Shown here: piece after piece, positions 24,737 through 38,094 of the stretch
Position numbering within the stretch: position 1 is the stretch's first letter
How the letters are laid out: each line of letters opens with the position of its first letter
Assembly (NCBI RefSeq): GCF_044704955.1
Contig: NW_027254382.1
Coordinates: forward strand, 124,001 to 188,000
DNA length: 64,000 bases
Reading direction: 5' to 3'
Source: Pristiophorus japonicus
Lineage: Eukaryota
The notes under the pieces: model-generated
Seen by the model: the letters and a program-made list of their open reading frames with translations, nothing else
Database searches by the model: none
What the model was told of the DNA's origin: nothing
Position numbers and translations under genes: made by a program

Positions 24737-25206
24737 TGTTAGATTTAACTTCAAACCACCACTCGGAGATACAAGCTGGCAGGTGAGCTACCCTTGAAGG
24801 AATGCTCAGAGAAACTGCCAGAGACATCTTATTTTATAAAGTTTCAGATTATAGTCTTACTTAATTACGCAAGTTACAATTAATACGTGCTGATTGATTA
24901 ATACATGATTATCTGGTAGGTTGCTTCCTCCAATCTGGCCTCTATATACTTTAATTAGTAATTCAGGATACGTGTTGCTATGATTCTTTTTATTTAACTT
25001 GTATCGTATTACAGAATTCAAATTCGATGTTATCTGTGTCTGTGCCCAGCTCCCAAGGCCTTTGGTCTACGCATTGGAACATCTGACCCTCTGCGGAAGG
25101 CATCCCACACATGCTTCCCATTGATTGAAAAACAGGCTGTGGGATCCATTTTAAAAATCTGCTAACTCTCAAAACATCTCAATTATTATTATTAATTGTA
25201 ATTACA
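24737..25206 (-). mobile_element. 5' LTR (about 470 bp)
   Basis: Minus-strand termini TGTAA...TAACA, TATA-like TATATAG near 24945 and AATAA near 24830; abuts the PBS on one side and older CR1 sequence on the other. Confidence 0.65.
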
Positions 25207-26160
25207 ATTTTTGTTCTGCCCTTTCAATCTATTATGGGGTATCTTATCGAAGGCTTTTGGAAATCTAGATAAATTACATCTACTACATTACGTTAGTTTA
25301 CGCTATCTGTTACTTCTTCGAAAAATTCAAAGAATTTGGTCAATTCAAGACTTTCCCTTTTATAATCCATGCTGACTATTCATTTTTGGTTTCTAGTTGT
25401 TCTTCCACCTTCTCCTTTAGTAGGAAATCCATTATTTTTACTCCCAACGACGTTAAGTTGACTGTACTCTAGTTCCTCAGACACGTTCTACCTCACTACT
25501 TATAAATAGGTATTACATTCGTTATCTGCCAATCCTCCGGCACTGCACTTTATTCGAACGAAATATTGAATATGTTTATTAATGCCTCTGCTATCTCTTC
25601 CCTCGATGTAATTTGTCCGAAGCCGGCATTTTATCCAATTTCGGTTTGATTAGTTTATATAATATTTTCCCTCTTGTTATTTTAAATGCATTTATTTCAT
25701 TTCTAATATCATCCAATGTCATGTCCACCTGTGTTGACTCCCTGATAAATACTGATGCAATGTAATTGTTTAATATTTCTTCCTATCTCTGCCTGTGGAC
25801 AACCTTATGAGCGACGTACCTTGGTATGTATTGTGGATGTCCTCCACGCAATCTTTATCCTTATCGTTGGGCAGGAGCAGTATCTCATTCTCAGCCTCTC
25901 CTCAGTTATCGCTACACGGCACCCAATACACCACGGACTTTCCTGAACCTGCGTTTTTCTGTGGGATGTGACTGTTTTCTGGATTATATCACTTATCCTG
26001 TGTGTTTCAGAGTGTGTCGAACTCGCACCCCAGCCCAATTGCGCTGAGCCAGAGTGAATAAAGCAGAGACATTTCCTGCAGATGTGGGAAAGTGGGACAG
26101 ATTTGATGTCCACAAACTCATACACACTACAGTCTCGACTCATTGTCTACCCTGCCATCT
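25207..26160 (-). mobile_element. Old CR1 fragments (RT segment joined to the ORF1 zinc-finger-like N-terminus)
   Basis: Decayed F.KAFDK and KG.SC regions; ORF 25805-26143 CSVYEF..HICRKC. Confidence 0.7.
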
Positions 26161-29100
26161 TTAGTTATTTTTTTATAAATTTATTTGCTTATTTACACAC
26201 TGAATTAATTTAATTACTTAGTTTTTATTCAATGGTTATTTATAATGATATTAATTAATTAGTAATTATAGTTAAATTATTAATTTAATAAAGTATTGTT
26301 ATTGCTCCCAGGTCTTAGTGTAGACCAAGCTTCGAGAAAAAAGGTAATACTCACCAAACGTTCATCGACCGGCTGTAATTTGGAGGCCAAAGCAGCACCT
26401 CCTTCAACCACTGTTCACATTCAAACTCTCACCAAATTCCGTTTAATATCACTGTGCATAACACACTGAGAAGCACAAGTCAGTGTTTAGTTTTATATCT
26501 TTGGAGCCACACACAAATTACAAGTGCTGTCTCAGCTCCATGCCCATTGCTGGCAGTAATTAGCACATATTTCAGACTAACACTTACAGCTGACTGGTGG
26601 TTAACTACCACTAACAGGCAGTTTCTGCTAATTTCTGTATTTAAAGTTCTAAGTTCAATTCAAAACGTTAATCTAAATTTCCCTTCTTACAGCTAATATT
26701 CAGCTAGACTCACCACGGACTTACCACCGAATCTCACTTTCCCTCCGTTCCCATGTTGACTACTCTCTTTGTGCACTCCGTTTAAGATCAGGACGTGATG
26801 ATGGAGTAAACTCTGGCATGGTCTGCTGGGCCGAAAGGGTCGGGGTGAGGAAGGTCGCTCTGTAAATTTGCAGTCCACAGGCAGACGGGCTGCTAACTTT
26901 TGTTTTGTTTGAGTATCTATCTCTCCTCTGTAGCAGGCAAGTATTATTGCATCGCCTTTCTTCATTTTATTTTTATTCTGACTATCCCACCATGTCCTCT
27001 GTCTGTCGGGTGAGTCTTCTTTCTTTTATTAAGAAATCCAAACTGATAAGGTCCAGTATAAATAAAACAGCTGTCAATGGAATGGGTTAATTCCACTACA
27101 GGTTTGTAAGAAGGTCTGACGTAATTACGTGACTTCGGGTATTCATCTGAAAATATTTCCCCAAGTCTTTGTGCTTTGAAAACTTGATAAGAAATTAGGA
27201 ATCCGTTAAAATAGCAGAAATTATTAGTAAAGTTGTCATAATAAAACCTTTTCATCAGGAAAGGCAGCATTTTAGATTAAACTCCAATTTCTCTACACAT
27301 CCAATTCAAATACTTGCCAACGAGTTTTTCATTGATTTAAAGCGAGACCACACATTTTTAATAGCTATTCTGTTTACAGAAATCCAATTTCCACGCAATC
27401 TATATACATTCCAGCAGTTTGGTTTTTTTACGATCCCGTTCACTGAGCAAATCTTGTGTTTTATTTCTCTCAGCACAAAATCTAAACTTCGGTGCCGGTC
27501 CATCTTTTTTAAGAATTCTGTAACTCCCAGTTTTTTCTTTCTGTGCTGAGTTCGCCTAGCTTACTACTTTTCCCCCTTTTGAATCGGAACTTAATCATTT
27601 TTTGATGACCTTACTCCAGTCCATCGTTAAACATCGTTGTTTCTCTTTCTCAGCACAAAGCTTTGTCGGGTTTAACTCGTAAGTTTTTATATTTAAACCA
27701 ATATCTTTTTCACAGCCAATTTAAATCTCATTTCTTCAAATTCGTTTTTGTAATTTGATGATCTTCCTCCAGTCCATTTTCCTCAACATCTTTGTTTCTC
27801 TTTCAAGCTGCTGCAGCTTTGAAGTTCGCATTTGTATCTTTTGGTAAAAACTAACTGTCCTTTGTAAATTCAATTTGCTTTTCCAACATTTTTCTTTTCT
27901 TTTAATAATTTTCCATTTATTTTAGCTTGCATTTTATCCCACTGGCCAGTTTTCCTAGGATCCTGGGGTCCCACCCCACTTTTTAGCTTGAATTCCTTCT
28001 TGCTTACACTACACACGATCAATACCAGCTTCACTGTGTTATTACCATGTCACGCTTCAAGTCATACGCCGTATATTTCCTCTAACGATCGCTGGGGTAC
28101 ATTCTCCCTTTAGTTGTATTCCTTCTTTTTCAGGCAATACACCTATCCCACCCTTGGTTTTCAGCCTTCTGTGGTTCGTTATAACTTGTCCTGCAGCTTA
28201 CCCCTTCGAATTCTTTATACAGATCACCTCCTTCCCCGTCAATGCTACAGCCATGTTGCTCCTTTCAGAGTACAACACTGCTTATCTGGTGCTATCCAAG
28301 TTCCTCCCTTCTGAATCAGATATCTTGGATATTCCTCACACTGTTTATGGATCGGACCTAACTCAGTCTTCCACCCTTGCAAATGATTCTACCCGATACA
28401 CCGTCCAAGGTTTCGTTTCATTTCTATTTTTCCTCAGCAAAGGCAAGACCAATCCCACTGGTCTAATATCTTCACTTCTTTCTCCTTCCTTGGGGGACAA
28501 ATCCCCATTCCTATTGGCTGCATCACATCAAAGCCTATGACTTGGTTCCCCGAAACCTTTTTCTCAGTTGTCCTTCATGAATAAACAAAGGAATTTGATT
28601 ACTCTCTCTCTTGTCTAGTCCCTTCTGTACCACATTCATCATAAATGTCACAGAGGCTACACACAATACCACCAGTAAGCCACATCGTGTTCCCATTCAC
28701 TTTCTGTATCTATTCTGTTTACTCCTGCTAACCTTGCTGTGGCTCCTATTCTGAGCTATCCTGTCAGCTGTCACTTTACTGTCGATTTAAACAGCTTCTC
28801 CTTGTTTTCCCCATCTTCCTCATCCCTTGGTTCCTGTGTTCTATTCTTTACTAACACATCCTTTACTAATTCTCTTCCAATTTTGTCTATTAACTGTGAA
28901 TATCTCCCTTCACATAATCTAGTTGATAGATTCAAGCTCATGTTTAAATCTTTTGATTTCAATTCACAATTTAAAAACACACATTGTTATATAATACATT
29001 TCCTGATTCAGTTACTTCTAGTCCATAAAATGTGGGTTCTTTTACTGAATGGGACAGGTCGAGTCTTTTTGTGAGGTGGGATGTCATTTTATTTAAGTCC

Positions 29101-30821
29101 CACATATGATGATCACTATCAGCGTTTGTACTTGGCAAACCAATAGTTAACATTACTGATCAACATACGACATTTCTTACTTTAAAATAACCTGCTGTCA
29201 TTACCTTTTAAGTTTGTATTGAAGTATGACATAATGTTCTTGAATTACTTATTGTCCTGGTGTGATACTAACTCTTTAAGTGAACACTATTAATTTAGTG
29301 TTTGGGGTCAGGATGTGTCCCAACCCACCTGGTTCAGGGGAGTCTTCCTGGTCTCCCAATCTTTCCAAGGAGCAGGCTTTAGGGTTCTTTCTCTATTACC
29401 ACTAAAATTATGCTTTTGAGGGTCTATACCTCGGTTTATCACGATTCCAAAACTATCCCTTTTGAGGTCCTCTGCTTCCTGTTGGAGATGGCCTCTCACT
29501 TGGATTCATGTTTTGTTATGGAGCCTGTGAGGTCTGGCCTCTTTATCTCCCACCTTCAGCTTGCAGCTGATCTGTACACAGCCATGGCCACCTTGTCCAG
29601 ACACAGACAGGCTGGCTTTTTTTGTTTTTAGCCTCTCTACAAGCTTTCTTTGTACAGTACTTAGTGGAGGCCTTGAAACTGACGACCATTCTAGCTGTGA
29701 GGAAATCCTAATTTGATCAGCATTCTCGCCACTGTTAATTCTAATGCCTCTGACATGTAGCAGTGTGTTTAACTCCATCCTGATTATTTCAAAGTCGCTT
29801 TTTCTATGGAGAATGTGTCACGGCCTTGATGGTTTAAAAAGTTCTCTCACTCTCCTGAGCCACATTAGCCATTTCATGTTGTGCTGTTGTCGATAACGGA
29901 GCATGCCTGAGACTCGTTCACACACACACGCAGTGGTATCCCAGTATCATGCCACATGTGACATCTGATCCAAGCCATTTGAGGTGCACTTATCAAAAGA
30001 TCGTGGGGTGTCTGAAGATCTTTGCTCATCTCCCTCTGCACAGTCCCGATGTCTGGGGTAGTGGCCAGGCGATCAAATTCAGTTTTCTTATTGTTCAGTG
30101 TAGGCAATGACACAAACATCTGAGAGAGAAATCTTAGCAATTTCCTACACTTCCCTGACTTTAACAAGAATTTACATTAACACCAGATTGTACCCAGGTG
30201 ATTTATGACAATGAGTTAAGAAACATTTCTATTTGGAGGTGTAACTTTCCTGTTTTCCTCGTATATCCTCACTCATTTCCTCTCATTACATTTTATACAG
30301 TGTTCACCATTTCATTCATGAGCCCGGAGGAACTTTACTGTCTAATACAATATTATCATACTGTCTTTAAACATCGATCAAATAATCCCACTTGGTTCAA
30401 GTTTTGACCCAGTTTCTTTGTTTAATTTTATTTAACCAAACCTCTTCTTGGACCTTTTATTCTCCAAAATATGCCAGAGAGCAATTCAGTCTACAAGAGG
30501 AAGGATGTTAGTTACCTTTAGCATAACAGTCACCCCCAAAAACTTATTTCTGAATACATAGTTTGGACAGAACCACAGAGACGGGACCTTTTCAAAAATA
30601 AAACTTAATGATCTCAATTTTCAGCTAAATTTTCCTTTCCATGTGTTTGACCAGCGACGCTTTGCAATACATATATATATATATATAAAATCAGTATTAA
30701 TTTCACAAACAAATTATGCCCAGACATGGTCATTTTACCAAGAAGACAAAAGTAACAATTGCGTTTGAATGCAAGTCATTTATCTTCCCCTTCGAGCAGT
30801 GTGACTTGGACAATAGGATTT

Positions 30822-31406
30822 CATCGGATATACGACACAGAAACTGGCCATTCGGCCCAACCAGTCCATGCCGGCGTTTATGCTCCACTCGAGCCTCCTC
30901 CCTTCTTTCCTCATCTAACTATATCCACATAACCCTCGATTCCCTTCTCCCTCATATACTTGTCTAGCCTCCCCTTAAATGCATCGATACTATTCGCTTC
31001 AACCACTCCCTGTGGCAGTGAGTTCCACATTCTCACCACTCTCTGGGTAGAGGTTTCTTCTTAATTCCCTATTTGATTTCTTGGTGACTATCTTATGTTG
31101 ATGGCCTCTAATTATGCTGGTCCCCACAAGTGGAAACACTGTATCTACTCTATCAAAACCTTTCATCATTTTAAAGACATTAGGTCACCCCTCAGCCTTT
31201 TTTTTTCAAGAGAAGATAGACCCGGCCTGTCCATCCTTTCCCGATAGGTATACGATCGCCTTTATGGTATCATCCTTGTAAATCTTCTCTGCACCCTCTC
31301 CAGTGCCTCCATATCATTTTTATAATATGGTGACCAGAATTGCACGCACAAAGTCTAACCAAGGTTCGATATAAGTTTAGCATAACTTCACCACTTTTCC
31401 ATTCTA
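30822..31406 (-). mobile_element. CR1-clade LINE 3' fragment (different tail type)
   Basis: Reverse complement gives RVVRMWNSLP-type RT C-terminus and the 3' UTR GGGCCGAATGGCC motif. Confidence 0.75.
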
Positions 31407-32535
31407 CAACAATTCAATTCAATAACAATCAATCCCAATAATTTAACTCAATACTTTAAATTCTTGAGTCCAACTTTGTGACCATGCTGCGTAATTCGAT
31501 GTCTGCAGATAACTGGAGATAGTTTTGTTTTAACTGCTGGATCTTTTGCAATGCCATCAACCTCTTATCCAACTGGAACTGGCATTTCCTGATATGGTCG
31601 TCTTTGGCTACGGCATAGTCCAGAGACACAAGTCTGCATTTTCTTCAACATACATCAACAATGTTGGAAGCACTAGTCTTCCTGTGATAAGCACAAACCA
31701 CTAGTCTTTGAACTCTACTTATTCACGCATAATATTTCTAATCTAAACATTCTATGATGAAAATATCCACAGCCAGTTGGTTGCAAACACCAACTGTTGT
31801 TCAGTGAAATCTCTCTCTAATGATAACAACCACATTTTCCCCGATATGGAATGAACTAAACATGAACACCTTTCAGAAGTTGAATTAACCAAGTTCCCTA
31901 TGCCAAGTCCCCTCTCATCTTCCATTCACTTCAACTGAAAGGAAAATGCCAGGTTTTATCAGTCAGGATTTGAAAGATATTTACAACAGATGGTAGATAT
32001 TCTTAGAGTCAGCATCGTTCTCTATTCTGTCTACTCGAGGAGATTGATAACAGACTTTCTCCTGTGAATGTGGAGCTGGAATATTGGGCCGGGATGTATT
32101 TACTTGTTCATCTTGTTGACTCGAAACCGTTGGCAATTATTTGATGTGATCTGTATTCTCTTAAATACATTTCCTGAGTGGATTCAAATTTAAATTAAAC
32201 CCAGGTTTGCAGGCGTGATGCTCCATTCACACATCGAAGGTGAGAGAGATGCTGTTGGACAGACACTAAGTCCAGTATCTGAAAGTGATTCACAGACTGG
32301 GTTTTGTGTTCAGTGATCCCAGGCATGTAACCGACACATTTCCTCAATGCCAAGGCTAGGAGAGGCACACTGGAAGGGAAGGGGAACTGGCATTTTTCCA
32401 CGAGAGTAACCGAAGGTATGAGAAGTGAAATAATTCAGAGTTAGAAAGGAGAAAAGGCGCCAAAATGGTGCAGTCAGTAACAGGACATCAATTAGTCTCC
32501 TCTTATCTTGGAACATTAAATATCGACACACTCTG

Positions 32536-33627
<1,092 letters not shown>

Positions 33628-33739
33628 CTGCAAAAGGAGTTTACAAAAGTAAGTACAGAATCGAAATTCAGAAGAGACAATTCTAGTTTCTATGGAACAT
33701 TCTTTCCTTCGGCCGTGTGGTTTTAAGTATTGTCTTAAT

Positions 33740-35635
33740 AAAAATAATAAAGAGGGAGAAGGTAGATTGAGAGTAAACTGGCAAGAAATATAAAAACAGT
33801 CAAAGCTTCTACAGATATATAAAAAGGAAGAGATAGGTAAAATAAACTTTAGTCCCTTAGAGGATGAGACGGGGAATTAATAATGAGAAACAGGGAAATG
33901 ACGGAGACTTTAAACAAATATTTTGTATGGTCTTCACGGTGGAAGACACTAAAAGCATCCCAATAATAATAGATAATCAAGGGGTCACAGGGAGCGAGGA
34001 ACTTAAAACAATCACTATCACAAGAGAAAAAGTACCAGACAAACTATTGTGACTAAAGTTGGACGTCCCCTGGACTTGATGGCCTGCATCCTGGGGTCTT
34101 AAAAGAAGTGGCTGCAGAGAAAGTGGATGGATTGGTTGTAATCGACCAAAATTCCCTGGATTCTGGCAAGGTCCCAGTGGATTGGAAAACCTCAAATGCA
34201 ACACCCCAATTCAACAAGGGAGGGAGGGAGACAGAAAGCAGGAAACTATAGAGCAGTTAGACTAACATCTATCATTGGGAAAATGCTGGAGTCCATTATG
34301 AAGGAAATAGTAGCAGGACATTAAGAAAATCATAATAGTCAAGCAGAGACGGCATGGTTTTATGAAAGGGAAATCACGTTTGACAAACTTGCTCGAGTTC
34401 TTTGAGGATGTAACGAGCACGGTGGATGAAGAGGAGCCAGTAGCAGTGGTGTATTTGCATTTCCAGAAGGCATTCGATAAGGTGCCAGATAAAAGGTTAC
34501 TGCACAATATAAGAGCTCACGGGGTTGGGGGTAATATATTAGCATAAATTTTGGATTGGCTAACTAACAGAAAACAGAGAGTCGGAAAAATGTGTCATTT
34601 TCAGGTTGGCAAACTGTAACTAGTGGGGTGCCACAGGGATCAGTGTTGGGGCCTCAACTAATTACAACCTATATTAATGACTTGGATGAAGGGACGGAGT
34701 GCACTGCAGCCAAATATGCCTCTGATACAAAGATAGGTGGGAAAGCAAGTTGTGAGGAGGACACAAAGATTCAGCAAAGGATTATGGACAGGCTCAGTGA
34801 GTGGGCAAAAATTTGGCAGATGGAGTATAATGAGGGAAAATGTGAGGTTATGCACTTTGGTTGGAAGAATAAAAAAGCAAATTATTATTTAAATGGCGAC
34901 TACAAAATGCTGCGGGACAGAGGGGATCTGGGGGTCCTTGTGCATGAAACACAAAAAGTTAGCATGCAGGTACAGCAAGTAATCAGGAAGGCAAATGGAA
35001 TGTTGGCATTTATTGAAGAGGAATGGAGTATAAAAGTAGAGAAGTCTTGCTACAACTGTACAGGGTGTTCCTGAGACCACACCTGGAGTACTGCGTACAG
35101 TTTTGGTTTCCTTATTTAAGGAGGATATACTTGCATTGGAGGCAGTTCAGAGAAGCTCACGAGGTTGATTCCTGAGATGAAGGGGTTGTCTTATGAAGTA
35201 AGATTGAGCATGTTGGGCTTGTACTCATTGCAGTTTCGAAGAATGAGAGGTGAACTTATTGAAACGTGTAAGATTCTGAGGGGGCTTGACAGGGTAGATG
35301 CAGAGAGGATGTTTCACCTCGTGGGGGAATCTAGAACTAGGGTGCATAGTTTTAGAATAAGGTGTCGCCCATTTAAAACGGAGATGCGGAGGAATTTCTT
35401 CCCTGAGGGTCGTGAATCTTTGGAATTCTCTACCCCAGAGAGCTGTGGAGGCTGAGTCAGTCAATATATTTAAAGCGGAGATAGACAGATTTTTGCATAA
35501 TAGGGGAGTCAAGAGTTATGGCGAGCAGGCAGGAAAGTGGAGTTGAGGTCAAGATCACATCAACCATGATTTTATTGAATGGCAGAGCAGGCTCGAGGGA
35601 TACAATGGCCTACTTCTGCTCCTATTTCTTATTGT
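33740..35635 (+). mobile_element. CR1 LINE, 5'-truncated (RT and tail)
   Basis: VTSGVPQGSVLGP, YLHFQKAFDKVP motifs and 3' UTR. Confidence 0.93.
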
Positions 35636-35770
35636 TAATCTGTGAACCTTGACCTGAACATTCCAAAATGTTACTGATTTTGAGGAATAGACAAAATATC
35701 TAAGCATTGATAAATGCATCATCTCACATCTCCAACTGAGCTAACCTGCTCTAACTATGTCAGTATTTGT

Positions 35771-36203
35771 GTCAGCTGTGACTCAGTGCGTAACACACTT
35801 GCCTCTGGGTCACAAGGTTGTGGGTTGATGTCGCACTCCAGAGACATGAACACAAAAATCTCGGCTGATGATCCAGTGCAGTGCTGAGGGACTGCTGTAC
35901 TGTCGGAGGTGCTGTCCTTTGGATAAGATGTTGAACCGAGGCCCCGTCTGCTCCCTCAGGTGGACGTAAAAGGTCCCATTGCAATATTTCAAGCAGAACA
36001 GGGGAGTTATCCCCGATGTCCTGGCCAATATTTTCCCTTAGCATCAGTGAAGCAGATTATCTGGTCATTATCACATTGTAAATTGGTTGCTGCGTTTCCT
36101 ACATTACGATAGTGACTACGCTTCAAAAATAACTTAATTGACTGTAAAGGGCTTTGGAGCATCTGGTGGTGGTGAAAGGTGCGAAATAAATGCAAGTGTT
36201 TTT
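35771..36203 (+). mobile_element. Full-length tRNA-derived Deu-domain SINE (SacSINE1/AmnSINE-related)
   Basis: tRNA-like head; core GGAGGTGCTGTCCTTTGGATAAGATGTTGAACCGAGGCCCCGTCTGC..GGTGGACGTAAAA..GTCCTGGCCAATATT; tail ..AAATAAATGCAAGT. Confidence 0.8.
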
Positions 36204-36473
36204 ATTTTCTATATGTCTTTTATTACTCTCCCTTCTCCTATTGTGCCTCCTTTTGTCTGCTGTCACTTCCCCACCTCCTCTTCCCCACCCAACTTTACAG
36301 TTCATTTCTTGTGTACATGGTCTCTCTCTCTCTCTCCTTTCGCTCACTCTATCGCTCCCTATAAGCTGTCCATCTGCCATATCTCCCAGTTCTGATCAAA
36401 TGCTCTCCCTGACCCACCACCATTTATCCTTCCTTTATAAACAACAACAACTTTCATTTATATAGCACCTTTA

Positions 36474-36640
36474 AGAACATAAGAGTTATGAGCAGGAGTA
36501 GGCCATACGGCCCCTCGAGCCTGCTCCACCATTCAATAACATCATGACTGATCACCAACCTCAACTCCACTTTCCCGCCCGATCTCCATATCCATCGATT
36601 CCCCAAACACCAAAAATGTATCTATCTCAGCCTTGAAATA
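36474..36640 (-). mobile_element. CR1 3' UTR/tail fragment
   Basis: AAGAACATAAGA..GGAGTAGGCCAT..GAGCCTGCTCC. Confidence 0.8.
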
Positions 36641-36725
36641 ACTCTGTAAAATGGCCCCTGGTGCTTCACAGGAGCATTATCAGATAGAATTTGACACCGG
36701 GGGTCAAAGAGGCACATTTTAAAGA

Positions 36726-38090
36726 GTGTTAAAAAGGAAAAGAGTGGCTAAAGTAAATGTTGGTCTCCTGGAGGATGAGACTGCGGAATTAATAATGGAG
36801 AACAGGGAAATGGCAGAGACGTTGAACAAATATTTTGTATCGGTCTTCACGGTAGAAGACACTAAAAACATCCCAAAAGTGGATAATCAAGGGGCTATAG
36901 GTAGGGAGGAACTTAATACAATCACTGTCAGTAATGAAGTGGTACTAGGTAAAATAATGGGACTAAAGGCGGACAACTCCCCTGGACCTGATGCCTTACA
37001 TCCCAGGGTCTTAAGAGAAATGGCTGCAGAGATAGTGGATGCATTGGTTTTAATCTCCCAAAATTCCCTGGATTCTGGGGCAGTCCCACCAGATTGGAAA
37101 ACCGCAAATGTAACGCCCCTATTTAAAAAAGGAGAGGTTTTTAGTGTCTTCTACCGTGAAGCAAGGATCAGTGCTGGGTCCTCAGCTATTTACAATCTAT
37201 ATTAATGACCTAGATAAAGGGACCGAGTGTAATATTTGCTGACGATACAAAGCTAGGTGAGACAGTAAGCTGTGAGTAGAACACAAGAGTGCAAAGATAT
37301 ATAGACAGACGATGTGAATGGGCAGTAAGGTGGCAGATTGAGCATAATGTCGGGAAATGTGAGGTTATTCACCTTGGTAGGAAGAATAGAAAAACAGAAT
37401 ATCTTTTAAATGGTGAGAAACTTTAAATCTTGGTGTTGAGAGAGATTTGGGTGTCCTTGTGCAAGAAACACAGAAAGCGAGCATGCAGGTACAGCAAGCA
37501 GTAAGGGGGTGGAGTATAAGAGTAAGGATCTATTGCTACAATTGTACAGGGCCTTGGTGAGACCACACCTGGAGTACTGAGCAGTTTCGGTCTCCTTATC
37601 TAAGGAAAGATACACTTGCCTTGAAGACGGTGCAATGGAGGTTCACAAGATTGATTCCTGGGATGAGAGAGCTGTCTTACGATGAGATATTGTGTAGAAT
37701 GGACCTATACTCTCTGGAGTTTAGAAGAATGAGAGGGGATCCCATTGAAACATACAAGATTCTGAAGGGTATTGACAGGGTAGATGCTGAGAGCTCGATT
37801 CCCCCGGCCTGGAGTGACTAGAACTCGGGGGCTCAAGATAAGGGGGAGGCCATTTAAGACAGAGATGAGAAATGTCTTCACTCAGAGGTTTGTGAATCTA
37901 TGGAATTCTTTGGAGGGCTGTGGATGCTCCGTCTATTCAAGGCTGAGATAGATAGATTTTTGGACTCTCGAGGAATCAAGGGATATGGAGATCAGGTGGG
38001 AAAGTGGAGTTGAGGGCAATGATCTTATTGAATATCGGAGCAGGCTCGAGAGGCCGTATGACCTACTCCTGCTCCTATCTCTGATATTCT
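36726..38090 (+). mobile_element. CR1 ORF2 fragment with internal deletion
   Basis: ETLNKYFVSVFT, SPGPDALHPRVLRE, DWKTANVTPLFKKG, then a jump to VLGPQLF. Confidence 0.9.
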
Positions 38091-38094
38091 AATA

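Larger units (their letters stand above)
21294..25206 (-). mobile_element. Internally deleted endogenous retrovirus-like element (5' LTR, PBS-Ser, gag-position ORF, RT fragment, env fragment)
   Basis: Parts are colinear on the minus strand in retroviral order; see the component features. Confidence 0.75.
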
